Shown: positions 21,375 to 31,435, counted from the stretch's first letter. The stretch is DNA of 64,000 bases from a virus (IMGVR_UViG_3300005805_000069:15442-79441); one strand, 5' to 3'. A program made the numbers and translations. The notes: a model not told the origin generated them from the sequence alone.

Positions 21375-22103
21375 TCATCTAAGGTTTGGAGCGTTAGGTG
21401 CTTGACCATCAACTCCATCACTTGTGATGTCTGTCTTCAAATTGAAGTAGGTAGATAATAACTTCTGGGAAGTTAATTCAAGAACTTGCTTTTCTAGGTA
21501 GCCAGGAACAGGAGACTCCTTGTCAAGAGGATTCTTGCACAGTTCTTCTGTTGTGTATTCTGGGCTTCCACAGCCACACTCTGGAAACATAATAGAATTA
21601 GGAACATCCTCCTCGAACAAAGCAACAAGTCTAATGGCTTTCAGAAGGGGGTTGTTCACATACAAATATCCATTGGTAATCCAGTAGTATTCTTCCTTCT
21701 TGATGATAGGAAGCTTAAGCAGGTTAATGTATCGGTTGATGGTTATTTCTTTTAGTTTCTTTCCCTGTCCACTGAGGGCGTTGATTGAATACACACCCTG
21801 TATTACGTATTGGTAGTTACCCTCTGTAATACGTGGGAGCTTGAGCTTGGTTCTAGCTATATTACAAGGATCAGAATACTCACAGCATTCAGAAATAGGA
21901 ACTTCCACCATTTCCAAACAAGGGATGGTGGTGAACACTGTATCAGTGGCCCAAAGCTTCCTCAGATTGGTCTCACGTTTTATCAGAAGGAAGGCATTAT
22001 TCTTAATCTCAGACATAACAGCTCTGTCCGTGATCAAGTTGTCTGTAGAGAGCAACTTGTGCATTGCACGTACATCTGAAACCAATTTCCTAAAAGTAGA
22101 CAT
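21375..22103 (-). CDS. Hypothetical protein, 242 aa
   Basis: ORF in the operon. Its start overlaps the metallophosphoesterase stop by 1 nt. Confidence 0.5.
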   Translation of the reverse strand: MSTFRKLVSDVRAMHKLLSTDNLITDRAVMSEIKNNAFLLIKRETNLRKLWATDTVFTTIPCLEMVEVPISECCEYSDPCNIARTKLKLPRITEGNYQYVIQGVYSINALSGQGKKLKEITINRYINLLKLPIIKKEEYYWITNGYLYVNNPLLKAIRLVALFEEDVPNSIMFPECGCGSPEYTTEELCKNPLDKESPVPGYLEKQVLELTSQKLLSTYFNLKTDITSDGVDGQAPNAPNLR

Positions 22104-23353
22104 TATAAATATTGTTTGAATATGTTTGTCATTCCATCCCTATGATCAATAAGGAAGGCGGTCACCTCACCTCTAGCACACGTATATCCGTTCTTCTCAT
22201 CCCACCCACTCTTTGCATTAGAGAATGCAGGTATTTGGTAAAACTTAATTCCATTGAAGTCTTGGCTCAGCTCATGGTGTTTGTCACCTGTAAAGATGTA
22301 ATAAACATCATGATCAGACCAACCGTCTTTATATTCCATAGGGAATATACCAGCCAGCTTAGCAGGCTTCATAGCATCTCCATGGTTGAACATCATGGCT
22401 GTAACACCATAGCTCACATACTTTCTATATCTAGGAGAGCAGTCAAAGGTCAGCCTCTCAGTGTTCCTGAAATAGGTTTTCAGCCAGTTGATTAGATGCC
22501 ATCCTACATATTCATCGTGATTACCAGCCACATACACAACATCCACATTGTTGGCATATTGAAGCAGCAGAGTGATCATCAATATCTCGTGGTTACATAT
22601 AGCCTCAAACGAGCTGTGATAGCCCTCTATGTTCTGCTGAGGGGTGCCTTTGGTTGTAGTTCCTGTAAACTCACTATTGAACTCATCTGAGCCAATAATG
22701 TATACCACCTTATCTAGGTTGTTTGACAGAGAGGCTTGATTAAGGATGGTTTCCACCCTATAGGCCATTCTGGCAAATCTCTCTTTAATATCATTGTTTC
22801 CATCTACATCCACCTTGTTGTAATGTGCATCTTGTTTGTTTATAACAAGGGCAGCATTAGACTTTCCTGGCTGTAGTTTGGGGAACATGATTTCCTGTGA
22901 AACAGGAGAGTAGTCATTGAGGAATGTTATAAAGGAATCTTGGAACACTTGTTCACCTTTCTTCCTACCTAGCCAAGCTTTCACTTGGTAACAAGGACGC
23001 TCAGCATTTCCCCAATAGTTCTGGACGTATTTAGTTATTTCCCACTTCTCTGTGTCAATCTTACACTTTTCAATCAGCTCATCTAAACTCCTAATCTCTT
23101 CTTTTGAGTTGAGGATCACCTCACCTGTTCCTCTCTGCACATCCTCAATAAACCTAACAATTGTGTCTTCTAGCTCTTCTATGTAACTTGCAGTTTCTGC
23201 ATCTTCTCTTGCTAACTGCGATTCTCGGAGCTCTCTCATCAAATCCTCCACCTCACTTTCTGTAATGTTTAGTTTCTCTGCGTAAAACTTTTTGCTTTTT
23301 TTCCAGCTAAGCATCTGCTCTAACTGGTACAGAAGAGATTGATTTTCAGGCAT
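22103..23353 (-). CDS. Calcineurin-like metallophosphoesterase, 416 aa
   Basis: Carries VVYVAGNHDEY (GNHD/E motif III) and downstream FNHGD and IFTGDKHHE His/Asp motifs in the order expected for the metallophosphatase fold. About 170 aa of N-terminal extension. Confidence 0.6.
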   Translation of the reverse strand: MPENQSLLYQLEQMLSWKKSKKFYAEKLNITESEVEDLMRELRESQLAREDAETASYIEELEDTIVRFIEDVQRGTGEVILNSKEEIRSLDELIEKCKIDTEKWEITKYVQNYWGNAERPCYQVKAWLGRKKGEQVFQDSFITFLNDYSPVSQEIMFPKLQPGKSNAALVINKQDAHYNKVDVDGNNDIKERFARMAYRVETILNQASLSNNLDKVVYIIGSDEFNSEFTGTTTKGTPQQNIEGYHSSFEAICNHEILMITLLLQYANNVDVVYVAGNHDEYVGWHLINWLKTYFRNTERLTFDCSPRYRKYVSYGVTAMMFNHGDAMKPAKLAGIFPMEYKDGWSDHDVYYIFTGDKHHELSQDFNGIKFYQIPAFSNAKSGWDEKNGYTCARGEVTAFLIDHRDGMTNIFKQYL

Positions 23354-23460
23354 TTACGATTTGGTTTAGTTAAAATTGGAGTAAAGGTACGAACGTTTTT
23401 GATATTTTCCAAATTATTTTAACCTTTCTAGTTATCCATTCTAATCAAATTGGTTAGAGT

Positions 23461-23494
23461 TTAAATAAAAACTCCCAGGGCCGAAGCCCCAGGA
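23461..23494 (-). terminator. Rho-independent terminator for the minus strand (8-bp GC-rich stem, UUCG loop, then a U-rich tract)
   Basis: Minus-strand sequence reads cctggggcttcggccctgggag followed by ttttatttaa. It lies between the 306-aa gene stop (23525) and the metallophosphoesterase start (23353). A second hairpin, aaatcctg...caggattt, spans the stop codon. Confidence 0.65.
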
Positions 23495-23524
23495 GAAATC
23501 CTGTAAAACCAACAAAACAGGATT

Positions 23525-24445
23525 TTAAAATAACTTAATTATAATTCCAGATTGAACTCCTGCACCACCACCTAAGTCAACATTAAAGAAATATGTACCA
23601 GCTGCTAAAGGTGTTCCTCCATTATTTAAAGTACCAATCCATGGTACATAAGTAGTGTTTGTTCCTGAATATACTGATTGTCCTAGTGCAGTGAATATGT
23701 TCCAACTTGCATTAGGAAAACAACTATATGTGGTTGGTTCCCAAGTCCCCCCTGTGTTTTTAGATTGCCATCTCCATGAATATCCAGTAGCACTTCCAGT
23801 ATCAGCAACAAAATTATTAGGGAACAAAGTCTGAACATATGAACATGTTCCTGTAGGAAATCCACACCCACCAACTAGTGAAGATGGGGCAGCAGATATA
23901 TATAAGTTAGTTGCAGTGGTGAAACAAGTTCCATCACACACTCCAGACATTGGACAGAAGTCAACAACATATGTAAAAATTGTTGTTGCTCCTTGATATT
24001 GTCCTGCATTAATTGTCAGTGTTTGACTCCCTGTTCCTGTACTGTAGAATGGAGGTACGTCTTCAGTAACTGATGTATCATATGAGATTGTAAAGGTTAG
24101 AGTGCTAGGAGTAGTATATGCAGCTCCAAACTGATCAACTAAACTAATTGTCCATACTTGGTATTGATCTGTGCCATTACAACCACTACCACCAAACTGT
24201 CCAATAGTTAAGTTGAAACATAATAGGAAGGGGTTTGGATCTGGTAATATATCTTGATAACGAGGAAGTCTATTTGATGCATATCCAGAATATGGAGAAG
24301 CACCTGTATCCACATTATAATAGGTATTGATAAAACTCTTAGTAGCACACTGATTACCATCAGGTGGGACAGTGCCCACCTTAGGTATTATGTTCATTTG
24401 TTGAAGATCATCGTATGTTACTAAGGCATTAGTTACCTGTGCCAT
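23525..24445 (-). CDS. Tail-fibre-associated / structural protein, 306 aa
   Basis: ORF immediately downstream of the collagen-like fibre (17-nt overlap). Gly/Thr-rich and beta-rich composition. Confidence 0.5.
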   Translation of the reverse strand: MAQVTNALVTYDDLQQMNIIPKVGTVPPDGNQCATKSFINTYYNVDTGASPYSGYASNRLPRYQDILPDPNPFLLCFNLTIGQFGGSGCNGTDQYQVWTISLVDQFGAAYTTPSTLTFTISYDTSVTEDVPPFYSTGTGSQTLTINAGQYQGATTIFTYVVDFCPMSGVCDGTCFTTATNLYISAAPSSLVGGCGFPTGTCSYVQTLFPNNFVADTGSATGYSWRWQSKNTGGTWEPTTYSCFPNASWNIFTALGQSVYSGTNTTYVPWIGTLNNGGTPLAAGTYFFNVDLGGGAGVQSGIIIKLF

Positions 24446-26387
24446 TAATCAACTTGTTTAGTTTTTCTTCAAGTTCCTTTATCTTCTTCTCTAAGGATGC
24501 TATTTTAAGAGTGTGAACATCTGTATAGTTTAGTGACAGTCTGTCTTCACCACCAACCAGTTCAGGAAGTATTTCTTGTACCTGTTGAGCTGAATAACCA
24601 TATCTCACCTGACTTTTCTCATCATCTGTAAATGTATATTTAATTACATCCACATCCAGAGAAACATCGGGGTTTGTCTCTATTACATTTTTAAATCTAA
24701 TATCTGAACTTTGGTAGAATGCATTAGCATATATGTCTCTTGAAGTTTGAATAGCACCTCCGTTTGGAGTGGCTTGTATAAGAAACGCAGTGTTAGCAAC
24801 ACCACTTTCATTCAAGTTGAGGTTTCCATTTGATAATATCTCCCAGTCCCATGTTTTTCCTGTGCTTACGTTTTGGAAAAACATGAAATTTGTTGTAGAG
24901 TTGTCACAGAGGAAACCAGTCTTCTCACTACTTCCATAGGAAGCAAAGTTTTTATAACCAGTGATTGTTTGAGTGGTAGTTAATGTTACAAAGTTAGCTG
25001 TACTTGGAGTGGTTCCACTGGTGCCACTTACACCGCTTGTACCGCTTGTACCGCTTGTACCATTTACACCTGATGTACCATTCACACCACTTGTGCCAGA
25101 AGTGCCATTTACACCACTTGTGCCACTTGTTCCGTTTGTTCCATTATTACCACTAACACCACTGCTACCGCTTGTACCACTTGTACCATTAGTAGCGTTA
25201 GTACCATTTACACCACTACTACCAGAAGTTCCTGACGTGCCACGAGTACCACTAGTTCCGCTTGTTCCTGTAGTGCCAGACGTACCTGATGTGCCAGTTG
25301 TTCCACTGGTTCCACTGGTTCCGTTTGCTCCAGGAGAACCGTTTACACCACTTGAACCACTTGTACCGTTCACACCACTGCTACCACTGGTTCCACTGCT
25401 TCCACTCGTACCTCTTGTTCCAGAGGTTCCAGATGTGCCATCTACGCCAGATGTTCCTGATGTACCGTTTACACCAGTTGTACCTGATGTACCAGAAGAA
25501 CCACTAGTTCCTGTTGTACCACTTGTTCCCGATGTACCAGATGTTGAGCTGGTACCACTAGTTCCACTTGTACCGCTGGTACCTGTTGTTCCAGATGTAC
25601 CACTAGATCCATCACCACCAGCACCACCTGAAAGGTTCACTTGCCATAAGCTATAAGTTCCACTTCCACTAGAAGTGTTCACTGTAGCAACTAGAACACC
25701 TGTTCCGCTGTTGTAAGAAACTACATCAGCAAACATGTAATTGGTTGCATCGTAAGATATGATGATAGACTGAGCAGGTGTATAAGAAAGACCTGTTGCT
25801 ACATTAATTGTTAATGTACCACTTCCCACTATTGTTATGGTGTCCGTGGATGCGGTGAGGTATCTATCACCACTAAGTCCACTACTACCAGACGTAGCAG
25901 ATGTGCCAGCTGTACCACTGCTTCCGCTAGTGCCCGTGGTTCCTGAGGTTCCACTTGTAGAGGACGTACCACTGGTGCCTGAACTACCGCTAGTACCAGT
26001 TGTACCACTTGTACCGCTTGATCCAGAATTACCGTCTACACCACTTGTACCGCTAGTACCACCTGTTCCATCAGTTCCAGATGAACCAGAACTACCAGAG
26101 GAGCCTGAGCTACCAGAGGTGCCACTAGTTCCACCTGAACCATCGGTTCCAGAAGTAGCTGATGTGCCAGATGTACCAGAGGTTCCACTAGTGCCAGTTG
26201 TTCCGCTAGAACCGCTGGTTCCAGAAGAACCTCCTAATTCACACACTCTTTCATCTATTTTTTGAAGAGCAACAGTGAGTATGTCACAAGTTAGAACACC
26301 TGTACATGGAAGGTTGGGTCCAACATATTTTATACTGTTAGAACTTTCCAGTTCAGGATTACAAGGGTCACAATTATGTTTATGCAT
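24429..26387 (-). CDS. Collagen-like tail fibre with C-terminal S74 intramolecular-chaperone (autocleaving) domain, 652 aa
   Basis: Two blocks of G-X-Y triplets (GTSGSSGTTGTSG...). The C-terminus reads SSDIRFKNVIE...YGYSAQQVQEILPELV...LEKKIKELEEKL, which matches the SDxRxK endosialidase-chaperone signature. Confidence 0.8.
   Translation of the reverse strand: MHKHNCDPCNPELESSNSIKYVGPNLPCTGVLTCDILTVALQKIDERVCELGGSSGTSGSSGTTGTSGTSGTSGTSATSGTDGSGGTSGTSGSSGSSGSSGSSGTDGTGGTSGTSGVDGNSGSSGTSGTTGTSGSSGTSGTSSTSGTSGTTGTSGSSGTAGTSATSGSSGLSGDRYLTASTDTITIVGSGTLTINVATGLSYTPAQSIIISYDATNYMFADVVSYNSGTGVLVATVNTSSGSGTYSLWQVNLSGGAGGDGSSGTSGTTGTSGTSGTSGTSSTSGTSGTSGTTGTSGSSGTSGTTGVNGTSGTSGVDGTSGTSGTRGTSGSSGTSGSSGVNGTSGSSGVNGSPGANGTSGTSGTTGTSGTSGTTGTSGTSGTRGTSGTSGSSGVNGTNATNGTSGTSGSSGVSGNNGTNGTSGTSGVNGTSGTSGVNGTSGVNGTSGTSGTSGVSGTSGTTPSTANFVTLTTTQTITGYKNFASYGSSEKTGFLCDNSTTNFMFFQNVSTGKTWDWEILSNGNLNLNESGVANTAFLIQATPNGGAIQTSRDIYANAFYQSSDIRFKNVIETNPDVSLDVDVIKYTFTDDEKSQVRYGYSAQQVQEILPELVGGEDRLSLNYTDVHTLKIASLEKKIKELEEKLNKLINGTGN
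24990..26240. repeat. Low-complexity 9-nt periodic tandem repeats encoding the collagen-like GXY tracts
   Basis: Plus-strand units such as ggtaccacttgtaccgcttgtacc repeat. On the antisense strand they create the spurious PLVPLVP ORFs at 24973..25656 and 25837..26265. Confidence 0.8.
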
Positions 26388-26399
26388 TGATTTTTTACA

Positions 26400-27497
26400 T
26401 TAAGGAATGTACATGATGTAGTAACATCCAAGACCAGGTTGAATGTTTGGATGGGACAATCCACCTCCTGTAGAACCAATCGAGACACTCACAGATACGC
26501 CTGTGCTTGCTGAATTGGTTGTTGCAGAAGAGCTTTTTGTACCAGCCTGATCCATGTAGTCAGGATCAGCACCTGCTTCATCTGGGTCAGATTTTCCAGG
26601 TGCATATGCAAGTGTGTGCGTATGTCCAGGATCAGTTACAGAAGCTGATGCTGAGTGAGAGTGTGCAGGGATTTGATTAGATGTAAGTGTTACAGCGTTA
26701 GCACCCTGTGTTCCAAGAAGAATGTAATTGGGGTTACCAGACACAGCAGGGTCAACAATGGGGCTCATAGCTCCACCACCCATACCTGTCGTAACACCCA
26801 CTGGTACACGTCCTCTCTTGTCAGGAGTTCCATTTAAGCCATTGCACAAATAGATTTTTTCCCAATCACCTATACCAGCACCTGTACCATCAAACTTACC
26901 TGTCAAAGAACCATAGAACTCCACAGCCACATAAGGTATCATTTTGTTGTAATACTTAGTGCTTGTTCCAATGCTAGCTAGATAGGCAGCAATATAGGAG
27001 TTGAGGTCAGCAAGTTTTACATAATTGGTGTCAACATCAAGAGCCAGAGCATCAAGTTCCACTTCTAAATCACAAAGTTTATTGATGACTGCCTGAAGGA
27101 TGTCGTGTGTTCCAGAGGAACCAGTTACTCCACTAAGACACTCAATGTCATAAGGTCCTTCTAATGCAGCAAGATCAGCTTCTACAGCTGTGAGTCTTGT
27201 ATCAAGCTCACATATAGCCTTGATGAGCGCATTGATTACATTAGGAAGGTTGAGGTCTTCACACTCAACCAGGTTTTTATTAATGATTTCACATAAAATA
27301 AGAGGGTCAATGGTGAGGACAATACCCGTACCATCTAACGTGGATGTGAGAAATGTAATCAGTGCTTGCTCTACATATGAGAGAGAATCACCAGTTTGGA
27401 TTCCCAAAACGGGAACATCCACACCTGTATATCTCACACATTGATCTGATACAGTTTCTGCACAGCCATTGAAACAGTTTGAACAAATGTTGGACAT
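26400..27497 (-). CDS. Tail fibre protein with phage tail-collar domain, 365 aa
   Basis: GTPDKRGRVPVG ... VTLTSNQIPAHSHSA matches the tail-collar motif (LPDLRGR ... P-H-x-H). Confidence 0.75.
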   Translation of the reverse strand: MSNICSNCFNGCAETVSDQCVRYTGVDVPVLGIQTGDSLSYVEQALITFLTSTLDGTGIVLTIDPLILCEIINKNLVECEDLNLPNVINALIKAICELDTRLTAVEADLAALEGPYDIECLSGVTGSSGTHDILQAVINKLCDLEVELDALALDVDTNYVKLADLNSYIAAYLASIGTSTKYYNKMIPYVAVEFYGSLTGKFDGTGAGIGDWEKIYLCNGLNGTPDKRGRVPVGVTTGMGGGAMSPIVDPAVSGNPNYILLGTQGANAVTLTSNQIPAHSHSASASVTDPGHTHTLAYAPGKSDPDEAGADPDYMDQAGTKSSSATTNSASTGVSVSVSIGSTGGGLSHPNIQPGLGCYYIMYIP

Positions 27498-27764
27498 TTA
27501 TTTATATTTTAAAATTTTAACTCTGCTTGCGATCATATTCACTGTGAACTCAGCAGCGTAATCAGGGTTACAATACTTATAGGCAAGAATTCTCCTATAG
27601 TTTAAAAGGTCTAGAATTGCTCCACCAGGGACAGGTTGGTTCAAAATGAACACAACATTGTTGTATAAATTGTTGGCCAGCTCAGCTAGTCTACAATCTA
27701 TTTCTGTAATCAGAGCAGGAATGCTAGCACATTCTGGACAATGCGTAAGTCTTGGCGATAACAT
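27498..27764 (-). CDS. Small Cys-containing protein, 88 aa; fibre-assembly or chaperone candidate
   Basis: ORF abutting the tail fibre gene start. Contains HCPEC. Confidence 0.45.
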   Translation of the reverse strand: MLSPRLTHCPECASIPALITEIDCRLAELANNLYNNVVFILNQPVPGGAILDLLNYRRILAYKYCNPDYAAEFTVNMIASRVKILKYK

Positions 27765-27876
27765 TTCTTATAAAGTTTTTTGTTCTTTTAACAGCTCCAT
27801 TACAAGCTGCACAAAGACCATTAATTAATTGACATCCACATCCCACATTAGCTCCACAGTTTCTACATTTTGCCAT
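27724..27876 (-). CDS. Unlisted 50-aa Cys-rich small ORF (MAKCRNCGANVGCGCQLINGLCAACNG...)
   Basis: Hand-translated. Its ATG is 1 nt after the stop of the 187-aa gene. It overlaps the 88-aa ORF by about 40 nt in another frame and contains an A-AAA-AAC heptamer. Confidence 0.3.
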   Translation of the reverse strand: MAKCRNCGANVGCGCQLINGLCAACNGAVKRTKNFIRNVIAKTYALSRMC

Positions 27877-27877
27877 A

Positions 27878-28441
27878 TTAGTAAAAGTTTATAACGTAAT
27901 TGTTTCCAGAACATCCACAATTATTTTTGAGGAAATTGTCAAGCATAATGTTTGCTTGATTATAAAGTTTCGTGGATTCATTGATAGCACAGTTGTTTGC
28001 AGCTGCTATTGATCCTTGGATGAAGAAATAAATAGATGTCAAGTCCACTTTTGCTTGTGTCTTAATAGCCCTATCACATTCCATCATATCAAGCTTCATA
28101 AATGCATTATCAAACTTCTCTTGTAGCTGATCAACACGCACAATAGACTTTTCTACAAAGTTTAGATATGCAGGTGCCACAGAATATTTCAAGCGGTACA
28201 CACCATCAGGAAGTGGTTGATACACTCCCACAGGACTTATACCTAAGTTTGATGTTGTAAATATATTGAAGTCATTAACGCTGAATGGTTTAATCACTGT
28301 ACCAAAACCAGGAACATCAATTTCAATGGTTGCTCCAGAAACAACAGGAGGATCTGTAGGATAGACAGATGCATCAGCAACACCCAATGTTTGCACGTTG
28401 TATGTAGGAATCACTAATATGTCTAATTTTAAATCTGGCAT
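27878..28441 (-). CDS. Tail or structural protein, 187 aa
   Basis: ORF in the operon, with a terminator upstream of it. Confidence 0.5.
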   Translation of the reverse strand: MPDLKLDILVIPTYNVQTLGVADASVYPTDPPVVSGATIEIDVPGFGTVIKPFSVNDFNIFTTSNLGISPVGVYQPLPDGVYRLKYSVAPAYLNFVEKSIVRVDQLQEKFDNAFMKLDMMECDRAIKTQAKVDLTSIYFFIQGSIAAANNCAINESTKLYNQANIMLDNFLKNNCGCSGNNYVINFY

Positions 28442-28450
28442 GTTGTTCTA

Positions 28451-28497
28451 AATAAATAAGCCAGAGGATTGAGTGTTATCCTCTCACCTCTGGCTTA
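28451..28497 (-). terminator. Intrinsic terminator-like hairpin plus U-rich tract after the 390-aa gene
   Basis: Inverted repeat gccagagg ... cctctggc (plus 28462-28496) with a nested gaggat/atcctc pair. On the minus strand it is followed by cttatttattta. Confidence 0.55.
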
Positions 28498-28533
28498 GGT
28501 TATATAATGTTTGTATATCTCTCTACCTACCTA

Positions 28534-29706
28534 TTACGGAATCAAAGTTGTAGTGGTAGAAGTAGATGGCCATACAGTGGTGGTTGTTGATGTAGTGGTG
28601 ATACATGGTAGGTTATCAGCACTTACAGCACCCAAACCAGCAACAAGAACAGCCTCAAGAGCAGTAGCCACTGCACTTCCGCTTTCAACAGCGATAATTA
28701 CAGTTGCGTCTTCATAGATGTAGTCACCCCACTGATATGCAGACTTGTCATACTCGTTGAACTTGATGTAGTAAGTGTCATAGCTAGTGCCATCGCTCAC
28801 CCATGATTCAAAGTTCTCGTTATAACCGCCCATTCTGTAGAGATGCTTCAAGTAACCAGCTTGATAGCTGTAGAAGTTTTTCTCCAATTGTGCAATCTCA
28901 GCAGAAGTACCTACAGCGTAAGAAGAACGCTGTACAATCACTGGATCAGCAACAACGTTACAAGCATCTGCTACGATGAAGTCAGCAGTGGTTGCAGGTC
29001 CACTGTACACGAATGTACGGAACCACATTCTGTCATATTCAAAAGGAAACGCTGCCACATCACAAGGCTGACCATATTTGGTAAGAGGCTTACCAGTGAT
29101 ACGCAAGAATGCGTTTTGGTCGTTACCAATTCTCTGGAACTGATAGAAGTCAGAGAAAGTGATGTTGTCTGGGTTGTTACCAGGAGCCTGAAGATTGAAG
29201 TGATAGATGATATCATCAATCAATGCAGGAATGTCAACCAAGTCACAAGGATCACCACCACAATCGCAACAAGGTGCGTTTACAGTGATAGAACGAGTGA
29301 AGCCGTTGAAATACAATGTATCCAAATAGCTAGAGTGAGCACGCAAAGTGATAGTAACGATGTCACCACACTGTACGTTCCAGTTAACTACATCTGTAAT
29401 CTGAGTTACAGGAGTAGGACAACCAGCCACTTTGTACCATTCAGTTACGTTGCTGTTGCAACCAGAACCTGAAGGACAGCCTTTAATCTTATCAGAACGC
29501 TTAGAGCCTTGCAGATAAGTGTTTGTACGGCCCTGCGCAATATAAAAATAGGGAGACGCAGCGATGTTCGCAGCTGTAGCTACAGAGTAGTCAGCTTTGT
29601 AAACACCAACTTGTCCAGGTGTGAGGTCTTGCGTAGATCCAGAGCTAGGGAGCGCAGATTGCCCTACTGGTACTACGAAGAGCGTAGTTAATGAAAAATC
29701 AGCCAT
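28534..29706 (-). CDS. Abundant structural protein candidate (major tail or tube-like?), 390 aa, with C-terminal poly-Thr tail
   Basis: ORF followed by a terminator. Ends in TTTSTTTTVWPSTSTTTT. Function guessed from position only. Confidence 0.45.
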   Translation of the reverse strand: MADFSLTTLFVVPVGQSALPSSGSTQDLTPGQVGVYKADYSVATAANIAASPYFYIAQGRTNTYLQGSKRSDKIKGCPSGSGCNSNVTEWYKVAGCPTPVTQITDVVNWNVQCGDIVTITLRAHSSYLDTLYFNGFTRSITVNAPCCDCGGDPCDLVDIPALIDDIIYHFNLQAPGNNPDNITFSDFYQFQRIGNDQNAFLRITGKPLTKYGQPCDVAAFPFEYDRMWFRTFVYSGPATTADFIVADACNVVADPVIVQRSSYAVGTSAEIAQLEKNFYSYQAGYLKHLYRMGGYNENFESWVSDGTSYDTYYIKFNEYDKSAYQWGDYIYEDATVIIAVESGSAVATALEAVLVAGLGAVSADNLPCITTTSTTTTVWPSTSTTTTLIP

Positions 29707-29734
29707 TTTGCTTTATTTTAAATGATTAAAAAAC

Positions 29735-30466
29735 TTATTCGTTCGTCTGTATCCTGAACTGTGCGCTTTGGACAGCAGCAGCGTTCTCTGTATACATCGC
29801 GAGGTTTTGTACTGTTAAGTCTAAAAGCTCATCCTCTAGATAGAGCTCAAGCTCACAGTCTTGGTCAAATGATGGTAAGCCGTCTAACATGATGTATCCA
29901 GTCTTGTTGATATACAAAGGATATCTCATGTAGGATATGTAAATCTTATTTGGAGTGAATGTGCCATCTGTGAAGATGGATATTTCATCTGTAGAAAGAA
30001 AAGTGAAAGTCTCTTGATACTCGAAAGAAGGCCTGTAGTGATCGTTATTCAGGATGAACTGAAGGTCACCGTGTTTAGCCAAATCTCTGTTAATCCAGAT
30101 TTTTCTATCCTTACACACTCCCTTGTCAGCCAGTACATACGCATCAATATAGAACATGTACTTGGGATCTAACAAGTTTATGTTAGCAAACCATTGATTT
30201 AGTTCTTTGTTCTTGAGTTTTAGCTCAAGAGGTTGACTGTTATAGGTTACGACCAAGCTTTGTAGGTCCTCGTAACGCTTCTTAAAAGCGTCAAGTCCCA
30301 TACCACTTATTACACTAAAACCATCAACTTTTTGTTTTATCAGCTTAATCTGAGCCTCATTGAGAGCCAAAATCTTATCTTCTAAGTTTATCTGCTGGTG
30401 AATGTTTGTTGATAGTTTATTTAGTTTTTGGTCGATCTTGTATAATAAACTATCTACTGGTATCAT
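29735..30466 (-). CDS. Head-tail joining / structural protein candidate, 243 aa
   Basis: ORF. A 4-nt overlap with the upstream gene suggests translational coupling. Confidence 0.45.
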   Translation of the reverse strand: MIPVDSLLYKIDQKLNKLSTNIHQQINLEDKILALNEAQIKLIKQKVDGFSVISGMGLDAFKKRYEDLQSLVVTYNSQPLELKLKNKELNQWFANINLLDPKYMFYIDAYVLADKGVCKDRKIWINRDLAKHGDLQFILNNDHYRPSFEYQETFTFLSTDEISIFTDGTFTPNKIYISYMRYPLYINKTGYIMLDGLPSFDQDCELELYLEDELLDLTVQNLAMYTENAAAVQSAQFRIQTNE

Positions 30467-31433
30467 ACTGCAGCTAATTTCTTAGTTTTCAACTTACCTT
30501 CGAGAGTCAAGAGCATGTCTTGGTTATCATCGTCAGCAAGCATTTTAATCAAATCATCTTCGTCCTTAGCTACCTCAAACTCACCCTCATAAATCTTACC
30601 ATTGGGTCTAGCCCTGTATATAGAATGAGTGAGAGCTTGTTTCACTAAGTCTTTGATATGGAGTAAGTTGTCTCTCATGTCTGCAAAGCGTGTGAACACT
30701 TCAACAGGATTAAGACCCTGATACTTACCGTTTTTAAACTCGGTTTGTTTGAGGACATTGTCTACAAGGTTGTAAACAGCTTCCTCTTTAGTATCATCTG
30801 TTACAGGTAATCCCAACAAACGTGCCACTTTTCTTTTTCTCTCAGGAGTCATACTGTCAAACTTGACAATAGCCTTGTTGATTAGTTGCTTCTTCTTGAA
30901 CATCACTGCATTCTCAATATCCTCGTCAGCCACATAAAATTGTGTATCTGCAGGAAACTCACCACGCTCCCATGCTTGATAAGAGCTAGCAATGGTTGGA
31001 TGAACACGCAACCAAGAGAAAGTCAATTCTTGAAAAGGAAGAGACAAGTCGAAATAGTTGTCACCATCTAGAAGCTTTACAGGTTGTACGTGCAAAGTGT
31101 CGTTATTAGATGTAGACAATCCATAGTTCCAGAAACTAGAACGAGGATTTAGATCAACGTCTCCAAGTGCAGCTTGCAGCTTTTCTTTTAGATTGGTTAC
31201 ACGCTCAATCTCCATTTCTCTTTCCAGAGGATCAGAGATTCTGCGGATGTAAGCAGCATCAGGATCAATTCCTGTTCTGTACTTACCATCTAGTTCTTTG
31301 TAAGGATACTTGAACACCCCTGTTCCAGGGATGCGTGTAAGTCCTCTTAATGAAAGGCCACCTTGCATTGTCTGAAGTTGTGAGTTGTTATACTCCTTCT
31401 TAATAGTTGAGATTTTACCTAACTTACCCATAT
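30463..31433 (-). CDS. Structural protein downstream of the capsid gene (start taken at MGKLGKIS; the track ORF extends to 31503)
   Basis: The 24 N-terminal codons of the track ORF overlap a hairpin-dense region. The internal Met gives a cleaner start. Confidence 0.45.
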
Positions 31434-31435
31434 GT

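Noticed and set aside
24973-26265. Plus-strand ORFs of 227 and 142 aa rich in PLVPLVP, plus ORF 25289..25507
   Set aside because: These are antisense read-through of the 9-nt collagen-like repeats of the minus-strand fibre gene. They have no independent start context.
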